The notes under the pieces were generated by a model. It worked only from the letters and a program-made list of their open reading frames with translations. It was not told where the DNA came from and did no database searches. Shown here in pieces: positions 39,501 to 47,632 of a stretch of 64,000 bases of DNA. Positions within the stretch are counted from its first letter, which is position 1. Each line of letters starts with the position of its first letter. The position numbers and the translations under genes are program-made. The stretch is from Lachnospiraceae bacterium (lineage in GTDB: Bacteria > Bacillota > Clostridia > Lachnospirales > Lachnospiraceae): assembly GCA_016286555.1 (NCBI GenBank), contig JAEETA010000012.1, positions 14,057-78,056 of the forward strand, given 5' to 3'.

Positions 39501-40488
39501 ATCCGCCTGTGCCTTGATAATAGCAGTCGTCGTAAATCCAGACTTTACCGTTATTGTCGATTCCTGACCTCAAAGCATCATCACCAATCCAGGTAATTGG
39601 TTCCTTGTGCGTTGCCCAACTTTCGAAACTGCCGGTGTTGAGGCAACGGGTAATATCAACGCTATGGTCATTGTCAGTGCCCATTCCCAGACCCAGAATA
39701 CCACCGGCAAAATCCTTCACCGTATTACCGGTATTAGCGATAATATGACCTGTGTTCAAGCAATCTTCTATCGTGAAATCACCAACATTACAATACCCCA
39801 CAATACCGCCTGCATAGGCATGCCCAGTTCCCTGAGTAGACGCAGTGATTCCGCCCTGGTTGGTACAGTTGATGATATGTTCTCCACCGCCAATCCATCC
39901 GACGATTCCGCCCGCATAGACATCACCGACTCCCGTCTCGCTTCCGATAGATGCATTCACAGAGCCATAGAAGGTACAGTTCACAATCGTTGCATCTCCC
40001 AGATAGCCCACGATTCCGCCGGCAGCGGTACCACCGCTATTCAAAGAGGACTGAACCGAGCCTTGCACGTTCAGATTCTGAATTCTGGCACCGCCGTTCA
40101 CATAGCCAAAGAGACCGCCCAGCAATGCACCACTCACATGCAACTGCGTGATGGTATGGCCATTTCCGTCGAAGTACCCGGCAAAGTACTTGTTGTTATT
40201 TAGTCCGATGGGAGTCCAATCCCGATTCCCCAGGTTGATATCGGAATCCAGTCGAAAATACGATCCTGATCCATATCCGCCGGATTGGTTATTGACACAG
40301 TACCCCAGCCAGGCCAGCTGTGCCGGCGTCTCGATGGTATAGGGATTCCCCGCAGAGCCATCGCCGGATGCAAAGGATGCTGCCACAGTTCCGTCCCAGG
40401 CTGCATATACCTTCTGCGATGCCGCAGGCATCATGAGCAGCAGAAGCGTCATAGCCAGTATTCCCAGGATTCCTCTTACGCTTTTCAT
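36553..40488 (-). CDS. Large secreted surface protein: GLUG-like N-terminus, GG(G)VY beta-helix repeats, Ig-like stalk, C-terminal DUF4214-like repeats
   Basis: Signal peptide; GDGSAGNPYTI, WTPIG, FDGNGHTI, AGGIVG repeats; GGGVYV repeats; LY..FGR.PD..G...W repeats at the C-terminus. Confidence 0.8.
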   Translation of the reverse strand: MKSVRGILGILAMTLLLLMMPAASQKVYAAWDGTVAASFASGDGSAGNPYTIETPAQLAWLGYCVNNQSGGYGSGSYFRLDSDINLGNRDWTPIGLNNNKYFAGYFDGNGHTITQLHVSGALLGGLFGYVNGGARIQNLNVQGSVQSSLNSGGTAAGGIVGYLGDATIVNCTFYGSVNASIGSETGVGDVYAGGIVGWIGGGEHIINCTNQGGITASTQGTGHAYAGGIVGYCNVGDFTIEDCLNTGHIIANTGNTVKDFAGGILGLGMGTDNDHSVDITRCLNTGSFESWATHKEPITWIGDDALRSGIDNNGKVWIYDDCYYQGTGGLTSEEWATQSTFEGYNFETTWKMTTTGPVLRAATAADPRLVKTWTNLYKALQLGGYTKVAEEDVYNDRGEWDHRIYPRYGENGNEDLSVPVGVCTTLDLDDCWVYRLRWDDDGAPINGVTPADNGSVIEAYGILDITAHDGWGQIRGGWDGASQEGKGGGIYVHSGAAVSFETGMICNNMATTAGGGVYVDNGGVFRLLSGDIIGNMSGGKGAGVYVASGGVFEMLGGCIQDNEVNGNGGGVYVEDGGRFIMTDGEFFINSATFTSTRTGGNGGGVYLEENAIFEMSGGSISENTAEGKGNAVYVTPGSTFEVSDSFAIGDDTVEDDEENAEEEELQDVYLPTGAVITIGELDRVEPPLCLRHVSVESLGVFTDGWTTSMGNADPADYFYRIYDRNGSTNNANGEPYDIGMTGGELTVVPHRLVYTVNGATITATCHNAGCLWVEGGTVALTLLVPRHTIAGDSFNPAASLRQTGEFFAAVGMDAEDAVIHYVGVNGTNYPDSTTPPTAAGSYTASVSACGKTASVTYTISGDYMRVTARGATGAYTGIPRTITVNVLTPSEGATIMYGTTEGTYDLTENPGYTEVGTHTTYFKVSAEGYADYTGSATVTIRKAGIPITGFTAPTAKKLYYTGEAQELATAGSSNVGTLVYAPGTADEATGEYSATIPTATEAGTYYVWFRVYGDSNHLDSAEFKLAVTISAEAPDPDPDDDPVDDGQVSSFVTRMYEVFLDRTPDEEEVTFWTTLLDQGTQTAGEAAAGFIFSTEFSNRNMCNSHFLDYLYLGLFGRPADEEGKAGWLLLMDEGYSREMVAQGFLTSTEFYDLCDRYEVYAGRGMATVPKLGTIQKAHCTIEGCTVESPVRVMVVNLYDTVFGRVPSEEEVEFWVEIMASHNPDAPARVMVNTFLNGDEYATLDRDNGEYVTDLYMAIFGREPDEAGYNEWLSALENGTLTREGVLDMFIGSPEFIDQCHHAGIAVGIGDQ

Positions 40489-40548
40489 AGATTTCCTTTC
40501 CTCCCCCGTTTATTCGGGCATAATAACGGTCAGTTTCAACACATTACC

Positions 40549-40577
40549 ATTATATTGCCTTCTTTTGCGCCTTGCAA
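40549..40577 (-). promoter_or_regulatory. SigA promoter TTGCAA-N17-TATAAT for the surface protein gene
   Basis: Near-consensus elements with a 17-nt spacer, about 60 nt upstream of the ATG. Confidence 0.6.
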
Positions 40578-40687
40578 CGGGCGCGCGTTTCCTTTTTTAT
40601 ATTATTTTAAGGAATTGATAGAAATTTTTGTGCGAAGTGAGGCGGGGCGGTTTTTCCCGCGGCGGGAAAACCGAAACCGCCGAACGC

Positions 40688-40718
40688 AAAAAGGAGAGCA
40701 TCCATACGATGCTCTCCT
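40688..40718 (-). terminator. Rho-independent terminator after the Cthe_2159-like gene
   Basis: aggagagcatc/gatgctctcct stem with an A run on the left. Confidence 0.8.
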
Positions 40719-40737
40719 GTCGAAATGCCTATCTCTA

Positions 40738-42954
40738 TTATCCTTGATGTCCTCTGCCACCGAAGCCCTGCATAGGAGAGAATCCTCCTCCGGAAGTTCC
40801 TTCCGCATTGGTAATATCCGAAAGGGTAACCTCAGTGCTCATACTCCCCGCGGTCACGGTGACGTTCTGTCCCGTCTGAAGATCAGGACTGCTGAAGACC
40901 ACGCTGTTGCCGCTTTTCGCCGCAGTATGGGTAAAGAGCACATTGCCGCTCTCATCCGTGATGGTGATGGTATCACCTGCTGCGTAGGAACCCTCCAGGA
41001 CCACCGCGAAGGATACCTGGGAAGAACTGTCTCCGAAGCTCTCCATCATGCCGGAGCTGCCCAGTGCCAGCACAGTGCCGCCGGATACCACCAGCTCACC
41101 GCCGCTCTCGGTTCCGGAATCCAGGGATCCGTTGCCACTGTCCGACGGGCCGTCCACGATGACGGTGCCGCCATAAATCTGCAGGTCGCCGTTGGAATCC
41201 AGGCCGTCACCGCCTGCATTGACATAGACATTACCGCCGTAGATGGCAAGACATTGCAGGGATTTTTCAGACGATTCCGCTTCGGATGTCGTCTGATCGG
41301 GGGCAGTCTCCTCCTGCGAAGCCGCATTTTCCTGCGCAGCTGTAGCTCCCTGCGCAGTCGCATCTCCCCGGGCGGTTCTTCCTCCGCCCGTCGCATTCCC
41401 GAAGAACGCATTGGTACTGCTTCCGCCGCCGGCGTTCATTCCATCGTCGGATGCGGTGACACTGAGGTTGCCGTCGTACACATTGATATAATAGCCCTCG
41501 ATGCCTTCATAGCTCTCTGTGATCAGTACATCACCGCCGCGGATCTCCACGGTATCGTCCGCATGAATGGCGTCGTCTCCGGTGGCGATCTCCAGGGTGC
41601 CATCCTTGATGATGACGGTATCCGCGTGCACCGCATCATCGGCGCTGTCCAGGGTGATACTGCCGCCGGATACGGTGATGGTACCGCCTGCCTTCAGGCC
41701 CTTGTAGCTGTCAGACTCTTCCTCGGTGGTCTCTCCTTCCGCACCGGTCTCCTCCGTCAGGCCACTGTCTGCAGACTCTCCGGGCATCTCACCATCTGTG
41801 GGCATCTCCGGACGCTCTCCCATCTGCGGCATCTCACCATCCGTTGGCATCTCGGGGCGCTCGCCCATCTGCGGCATCTCACCGTCCGTGGGCATCTCCG
41901 GCATCTCGCTCATATCCGGCATCTCACCGCCCGTGGGCATCTCGGGCATTTGGCTCCCGTCAGACAGACTGTCATTTTCAGAGGTGCCATCGGTGGATCC
42001 CGCCTCTGCATCCCACATGCCTCTGCCGCGTCCACCGCCGAATCCGCCGTTTTCTCCGCCGAAGCCGCCCATCATTTCTTCCGTATGGGCTGCTCCGTTT
42101 TCCGATCCGCCGCCTGTGGTGATGTCAAAGGATCCACCGCTGACAGTCAGATCCTTCGCTGCCTGGATTCCGTCGTGCTCTGCCACGATGGTAAAGGAGC
42201 CTCCGCTGATAAGGATACATCCATCCTCATCTTTGGACTTAATGCCGTCATTTCCTGCGGTCAGGTCAAAGGTACCGCCCGAGATCTGCACGGAAGTTTT
42301 TCCCATGAGCGCATTTCCTTCCGCATTTACCGTCAGATCACCGTCCGTGATCATCAGATCACCGGTGCTCTTGATGCCGTGTCCTGCTGAAGCGGTAACG
42401 GTTAAGGATCCTGCGCCGTTCACCGTCAGATCACTCTTCGCATAGACTGCCGCATCCAGATCCGCCGTTACTGCTTCTTCACTGTCCAGACCGGATACAT
42501 AGATCTCATTCTCGGAACCCTCAGCCAGGGTGATGGTTACCTTCTGCGCGGCGTTCACTACAATAGCAGGCAGGGAAGAATTCGTGATCTCCAGACCGTT
42601 CAAAACAATCCGGGCGGACCCGGAGGTGAGCTCCACGATGATCTGCTGCTCCGTCAGGGTCCCGGACAGGACATAGGTATTTCCCGTCACGATATAGAGA
42701 TTTCCGTCCACGAAGAGATTGGAGGATGCCTTGACGCTTAAGGGATCGTCAAAATCGATCACCACTGCGCTTTCTTCGTTCCAGGAAGGATCCGCGTCCT
42801 CCTCCGAAAGAGTGTCCACTGCATCTTCTGTAGTCTCCTCTTCCGCTGCCGCCTTCAGTCCCAGCTTCTCCGCGTTCATGAGCACGCCCGTAAATACCAG
42901 GGTGAGGACGGTGATCACAATACATACGATATTGATCCATTTATGATTGATCAT
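40738..42954 (-). CDS. Membrane-anchored Cthe_2159-family (carbohydrate-binding beta-helix) protein
   Basis: TYVLSGT, ITLAEGSEN, repeated D(G/A)I.. beta-helix turns, SYEGIEG, GDGLDSNG; N-terminal TM. Confidence 0.85.
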   Translation of the reverse strand: MINHKWINIVCIVITVLTLVFTGVLMNAEKLGLKAAAEEETTEDAVDTLSEEDADPSWNEESAVVIDFDDPLSVKASSNLFVDGNLYIVTGNTYVLSGTLTEQQIIVELTSGSARIVLNGLEITNSSLPAIVVNAAQKVTITLAEGSENEIYVSGLDSEEAVTADLDAAVYAKSDLTVNGAGSLTVTASAGHGIKSTGDLMITDGDLTVNAEGNALMGKTSVQISGGTFDLTAGNDGIKSKDEDGCILISGGSFTIVAEHDGIQAAKDLTVSGGSFDITTGGGSENGAAHTEEMMGGFGGENGGFGGGRGRGMWDAEAGSTDGTSENDSLSDGSQMPEMPTGGEMPDMSEMPEMPTDGEMPQMGERPEMPTDGEMPQMGERPEMPTDGEMPGESADSGLTEETGAEGETTEEESDSYKGLKAGGTITVSGGSITLDSADDAVHADTVIIKDGTLEIATGDDAIHADDTVEIRGGDVLITESYEGIEGYYINVYDGNLSVTASDDGMNAGGGSSTNAFFGNATGGGRTARGDATAQGATAAQENAASQEETAPDQTTSEAESSEKSLQCLAIYGGNVYVNAGGDGLDSNGDLQIYGGTVIVDGPSDSGNGSLDSGTESGGELVVSGGTVLALGSSGMMESFGDSSSQVSFAVVLEGSYAAGDTITITDESGNVLFTHTAAKSGNSVVFSSPDLQTGQNVTVTAGSMSTEVTLSDITNAEGTSGGGFSPMQGFGGRGHQG
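41780..41950 (-). repeat. Coding tandem repeat of about 45 bp (15 aa, PEMPTDGEMPQMGER), about 3.5 copies
   Basis: Visible in both DNA (ggcatctc blocks) and protein. Confidence 0.85.
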
Positions 42955-42992
42955 AAGCTTCTCCTATAATGGGGATCCGGGTCCGCCATCCG

Positions 42993-43661
42993 TCAGGTAT
43001 ACTCGCCGTTGTAGCTCACCAGCACGGCGCTTTCCACATGTTCCTTTTCCGACAGAGCCGTCACAAAAGAGGTGTCATCGCTCTTCAGACGCAGCTCGTA
43101 AGTGATCTCCAGGCTGCCCCTGCGGACGGTCTTGCTCTTCAGCACCAGACGCTCCGCATTTGCCTTCAGGTAATCGGTCACAGCCTTCTCCGCGGTTGCG
43201 TCATCCAGGTTCAGGACTGCGATGTAGGGCTTCACATAGGTCTTGCGGTTTACGAAGACCAGCAGGATCAGGCCGATGACCACGCTGCCGAGAACGGCCA
43301 GAGGGATCAGCCCTGCTGCCAGCACGATACCCACTGCGATGGACCAGAACAGAAAGGCGATGTCCAGGGGATCCTTGATGGCGGTACGGAAACGAACGAT
43401 GGAAAGGGCACCGACCATACCTAAGGACAGGACCACGTTGGAAGTGACTGCCAGGATCACCAGTGTAGTGATCATGGTCAGGGCGATGAGGGTGACTCCG
43501 AAGCTGGGGGAGTACATCACGCCCTGGTAGGTTTTCTTATATACAAAGAAGATAAAGAGTCCGACGCAGAAGGCCAGCACCAAGGCGATGACCATGTCGA
43601 GTACGCTTACGCTTGTCACGTTCTCCAGAAAACTGGATTTAAAGATATCACTGAATGTCAT
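42993..43661 (-). CDS. DUF4956 membrane protein
   Basis: MTFSDIFKSSFL, LSLGMVGALSIVRFRTAIKDP signature. Confidence 0.9.
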   Translation of the reverse strand: MTFSDIFKSSFLENVTSVSVLDMVIALVLAFCVGLFIFFVYKKTYQGVMYSPSFGVTLIALTMITTLVILAVTSNVVLSLGMVGALSIVRFRTAIKDPLDIAFLFWSIAVGIVLAAGLIPLAVLGSVVIGLILLVFVNRKTYVKPYIAVLNLDDATAEKAVTDYLKANAERLVLKSKTVRRGSLEITYELRLKSDDTSFVTALSEKEHVESAVLVSYNGEYT

Positions 43662-43699
43662 TTTGTTTTCCTCCGTTTTTTACTTGTACTGTGCGGCGC

Positions 43700-44371
43700 T
43701 CAGTCAAAGATCCTGCATGCCGCGTATTTTGAAAAGGCCGTAGCCTTTGTATCCTTTACCTGCACGATATCCCTCACGATGTCCGGCAGGTAATTGTCCC
43801 ATTTGACTTCCAGGATGATGGTGTCCGGTGAGACGGGCACCGTTACGGCGCCGGGATTCAGGAAGTCGGTGCACCGCATGCCGCTGCGAATGTGGTGATC
43901 CAGGGTGACTCTCACGTTCCCGGCGGGGTAGGTGAAGGGATCTCGTACGTAATCCACGATGGTCCTGGGCCGGAGGCCCTCCTTCATGGCCCGGAAGAGC
44001 TCTCGCACCAGGGGCTCCGGATGCTCCCGCATCCATTCCGTGTCTCCCCGGATCAGTCTCTCGCATTCCTCCTTTGTCAGAGGTGCGGACTGTTTGAAAC
44101 AGGTGTCCACCCGTTTGCTCTTTTTTTCCAGATGTATGACGGACGTGTCATGATTGTAAAACCGGATCCGGTATTTGTCCCGGTCTCTGACGCCGTCCAT
44201 CTTTTCCCGCAGCGCCTTATCGTCATAGTCGTCAAAGTATAGGCTTCTGATGAAGTACTGTCCGTCCGCTCCCACGTGGGCATCCTGTTTCAGGACTGCC
44301 CGGAGTCTGGTCCGGAGCTCGTAATAATCCGACAGGCTGATGGGGTGTTTGATCTCGTGTCTTCCCTGCAT
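43700..44371 (-). CDS. VTC-domain (polyphosphate polymerase-like, CYTH) protein
   Basis: RHEIK, IRSLYFD, KYRIRFY, LEKK, RVTLD, LEVK, FSKY. Confidence 0.9.
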   Translation of the reverse strand: MQGRHEIKHPISLSDYYELRTRLRAVLKQDAHVGADGQYFIRSLYFDDYDDKALREKMDGVRDRDKYRIRFYNHDTSVIHLEKKSKRVDTCFKQSAPLTKEECERLIRGDTEWMREHPEPLVRELFRAMKEGLRPRTIVDYVRDPFTYPAGNVRVTLDHHIRSGMRCTDFLNPGAVTVPVSPDTIILEVKWDNYLPDIVRDIVQVKDTKATAFSKYAACRIFD

Positions 44372-44400
44372 ATCGCACTCCTTTCCGGTTGATTTTCTGC

Positions 44401-44496
44401 ATCATAGCATAGAAAATCGCGCTGTGCGGATTTTCACGGAATTGTCACACGGAGTCACCAAACCGTTCACAAACTGAACTTTAACCGTTCACAAAC
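44401..44496 (-). promoter_or_regulatory. VTC operon promoter: extended -10 (TGcTATGAT) plus TCAC direct repeats at about 11-bp spacing
   Basis: TCAC at 44434, 44445, 44455, 44467, 44489; exact 14-mer aaccgttcacaaac at 44461 and 44483. Confidence 0.55.
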
Positions 44497-44516
44497 AATC
44501 CGGACCGGACTACGGA

Positions 44517-44869
44517 CTCCGTGTATCTGTGATCCCCTCATATCAGACCAAATCGGGGATCGCAGATCACGGAGCCCTTCGGTCGTTTTACTTCAATTAA
44601 TCCGTCGGGCTGCACACAGGCTGCGGGGCTGCAAAAACCACAGGGGCCGATTTGGTCTGATATGAGGCCACTGCGGTATTTTGCAGCTCTGCAGCCGTAA
44701 GAGCTACGGAAGCAGGAGCAAATGCTGCTAGGGCCGATTTAGTTCTAAATATGGCCACTGCGGTATTTTGCAGCTCTGCAGCCGTGAGAGCTACGGAAGC
44801 AGAGGTCAAATGCTGCTGGGGCCGATTTGGTCTGATATGAGGCCACAGCACATTTGAACACTGCTTCCG
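44517..44869. repeat. Array of four long hairpins sharing a 17-nt loop, including an 87-88 bp tandem repeat
   Basis: Loop gatttggtctgatatga at 44649 and 44824, its reverse complement at 44538, a variant at 44736; each closed by 20-31 bp arms. Confidence 0.85.
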
Positions 44870-44881
44870 AAAAACCTCACG

Positions 44882-44915
44882 AAAAAAGGGAGGAGCCTCT
44901 GGAGGCTCCTCCCTT
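44882..44915 (-). terminator. Rho-independent terminator after glmM
   Basis: aagggaggagcctc/gaggctcctccctt stem with an A run on the left. Confidence 0.85.
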
Positions 44916-44938
44916 GCAATGAACATCTATGTATCGTC

Positions 44939-46288
44939 TTAGAACATCACGTCCTGAATCAATGTAGCCAACTTCTGCGCTTCCTCCGTGATCACCTTCT
45001 GGTCTTTGCCCTCGATCATGACGCGCACCAGAGGCTCTGTCCCGGAGGGACGGATCAGGACACGGCCCTCTCCCGCGAACTTCTCCTCCAGCTCCTTGAT
45101 GGCTGCGGCAATCTCGGGATACTCCATGTATTTTTCCTTCTTGTGATTGGCTACGGGAGCATTCACCAGCGCCTGAGGCAGCACCTCCATGACTTTTGCC
45201 AGCTCGGAAAGTGGCTTGCCGGATTCCACCATGACCTGCAGCAGATGCAGTGCAGAAAGGAGTCCGTCACCGGTGGTATTTTCATCCAGGAAAATGATGT
45301 GGCCGGACTGCTCGCCTCCCAGGGATGCGCCGATCTCCTTCATGCGCTCCAGCACGTAGCGGTCGCCTACGATGGTGCGCTCCAGGTTGATGCCCTTGTC
45401 CTGGCACATGAGGGAAAATCCCAGGTTGCTCATGACGGTGGCTACGATGGTATCCCCCTTCAGCTTGCCCTGTTCCTTCATATGGAGACCGATAATGGCC
45501 ATGATCTGGTCGCCGTCCACCATATGTCCCTGCTCATCCACTGCCAGGAGTCTGTCGGCGTCACCGTCAAAGGCAAGACCCACGGAAGCCTTCTCATAGA
45601 CGACTCTGGCCTGGAGCTCTTCCATATGGGTGGAGCCGCAATTGGCATTGATGTTGGATCCGTCGGGATGATTGTGGATGGGGACCACGGTAGCGCCCGC
45701 TTTTTCCAGGGCCTCCACATTGGTATAGAAGGAAGCGCCCTCGGCACAGTCCACCACGATCTTGAGGCCGCTGAGATCCACGCTGACGGCACGGACGGAA
45801 TGGTTGATGTAAGCGTCCTTGGCATCCAGGCGAATCTTCACTCTGCCCACGCCGGGGCCCAGAGGAAACTGGATGTCCGCCATGTTGTTGCGGATGTGGG
45901 ACTCAATCTCGTCCTCCAGGGCATCGGGAAGCTTAAATCCGTCTGCATCAAAGAACTTGATTCCGTTGAACTCCACGGGATTGTGAGATGCGGAGATCAC
46001 AACGCCCGCATCCATCATGTATTTCCGGGTAAGGTATGCCACTGCGGGAGTGGGGACCACACCTACGTAGACACAGTTGGCGCCCACGCTGCAGGCACCT
46101 GCCATCAGGGCATTCGCCAGCATATCGCCGCTGGCTCTGGTATCACATCCTACCATGATAGTAGGCTTGTGCTTCTGGGACTTGGTAAGGACATAGGCTC
46201 CCGCCTGTCCCAGCTGCATGGCCAGGAGGGGTGTCAGCTCCTCGTTTGCAATACCTCTCACACCGTCTGTTCCGAATAATCTTGCCAT
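44939..46288 (-). CDS. glmM: Phosphoglucosamine mutase
   Basis: FGTDGVRG, ISASHNP, FDGDADR, GGEQSGH, RPSGTEP. Confidence 0.97.
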   Translation of the reverse strand: MARLFGTDGVRGIANEELTPLLAMQLGQAGAYVLTKSQKHKPTIMVGCDTRASGDMLANALMAGACSVGANCVYVGVVPTPAVAYLTRKYMMDAGVVISASHNPVEFNGIKFFDADGFKLPDALEDEIESHIRNNMADIQFPLGPGVGRVKIRLDAKDAYINHSVRAVSVDLSGLKIVVDCAEGASFYTNVEALEKAGATVVPIHNHPDGSNINANCGSTHMEELQARVVYEKASVGLAFDGDADRLLAVDEQGHMVDGDQIMAIIGLHMKEQGKLKGDTIVATVMSNLGFSLMCQDKGINLERTIVGDRYVLERMKEIGASLGGEQSGHIIFLDENTTGDGLLSALHLLQVMVESGKPLSELAKVMEVLPQALVNAPVANHKKEKYMEYPEIAAAIKELEEKFAGEGRVLIRPSGTEPLVRVMIEGKDQKVITEEAQKLATLIQDVMF

Positions 46289-46351
46289 ATATCTTTCCTC
46301 TTAAAAGACCTGCTCCCCGGCGCCTTCCGGTAACCGGGGAGAGGGTATTTA

Positions 46352-47632
46352 CTAATGACCGCTTTCCTTCTTTACAACGACCACACGGACCTTTGTTACT
46401 TCCGGCTGGCCCAGGCCCTCCGGCAGATGAAGCTCCAGAGGCATCTCGTAGGTGCCTTCCTCCAGTTCCGTCAGGTCCTCCTCCAGCATCCATTTTCCGA
46501 TGTCGATGGTGCCGGTGAGATTGTTGTAATCAAAGGTTTCGAAATCCGAATCCAATCCGGAGATCAGGACGCTGAAATTGCCGCCTGCGGTGGTAACGGA
46601 CATGCCCTCCGGCACATTCTCAAATCCCAGAATGGACTGAGAGAAGGTGTAGCTGCGATACTCCAGGGGCTGAACGGGAAGGGTGATCTGCACCATTCCG
46701 TCGTAGCCGTCCTCCGCCAGAGAAATATTGGTGGGCAGGTACTGAGCGATGTCCACATTAACGATCACATCCTCCGTGGCTCCGGTGAGATCCACGGGAT
46801 CGGTAATGCTGATCCTGGAGTAGTTCTGAATCCTAGAAGCAGATCCGGCGACACGCACGGTGGCGGGCTCGATGATCACCTCACCGGTATAGCGGTAGCC
46901 CTCTGCAGGTGTGCCGGAAGTGGGAACGTAAATGGTGACCTCCTTGGTAGTGAGAATCTCAACGCTGACCCGCACGTAATCCGTCTGCTTCTGGACATTG
47001 CTGAGATTCAGCTGGTTACCGTCCGCATCCAGGAGCGTGATCTCCATGTTGGCAGTCATGTTGGTGGAGGCATCGGACACATCCACGATAACGGTGGCTC
47101 TGCGGACCCTGTCCACCGCCGATTTGGGGCCGGTGATCTCGATCAGGTTCTGGTCCAGTGTGACGGTATTGAATTTATAGCCTTCCGCCACTTCTCCTAC
47201 AATGGTGGCACTCAATGCAACGTATTTGGTAGCCTTCTCCTCCACATGAAGCTGCACCGCTTCAATGCTGGGGGTTGCGGAGTAAATGGTGTCATCCGTG
47301 TTGACATGGCATTCAATGGCCACGGTACTGATGTCCGTCAGCTTTTTAAAGTCTGCCTCAGCTACAATGTTGGATTCATTCAGGCGATCCAGGACGCTTC
47401 TGGGAGCCCGGATGGTGACCCGGATCGTGTCCGTATTGTCCAGGACCTCATATACCTTGTCCTCTTCGCTCAAAAGCTGGGTGTTGGTAAAGGTCACCTT
47501 GATGTTGGAATAGGTCTTGGTATCCGTGGGGTCGCCGGTCTGGACCACCAGGAACCAGATCAGGCAGGCCAGCAGAAGGGAGATCAGCTTCAGACCCAGA
47601 TTATCGAACAGGAGACTCTTCAGTTTCTTCAT
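46352..47632 (-). CDS. cdaR: CdaR/YbbR regulator of diadenylate cyclase
   Basis: NLGLKLISLLLACLIW N-terminal TM; YbbR repeats; between cdaA and glmM. Confidence 0.88.
   Translation of the reverse strand: MKKLKSLLFDNLGLKLISLLLACLIWFLVVQTGDPTDTKTYSNIKVTFTNTQLLSEEDKVYEVLDNTDTIRVTIRAPRSVLDRLNESNIVAEADFKKLTDISTVAIECHVNTDDTIYSATPSIEAVQLHVEEKATKYVALSATIVGEVAEGYKFNTVTLDQNLIEITGPKSAVDRVRRATVIVDVSDASTNMTANMEITLLDADGNQLNLSNVQKQTDYVRVSVEILTTKEVTIYVPTSGTPAEGYRYTGEVIIEPATVRVAGSASRIQNYSRISITDPVDLTGATEDVIVNVDIAQYLPTNISLAEDGYDGMVQITLPVQPLEYRSYTFSQSILGFENVPEGMSVTTAGGNFSVLISGLDSDFETFDYNNLTGTIDIGKWMLEEDLTELEEGTYEMPLELHLPEGLGQPEVTKVRVVVVKKESGH

Noticed and set aside
44517-44869. Possible CRISPR mini-array
   Set aside because: The sequences between the conserved motifs are repeated and self-complementary rather than unique spacers, one copy is inverted, and no cas genes are present.
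44597-44926. 109-aa ORF with a 29-aa repeat
   Set aside because: It starts before and runs through the glmM terminator, has no RBS, and the 87 versus 88 bp unit lengths are not frame-preserving; the hairpin array explains it better.
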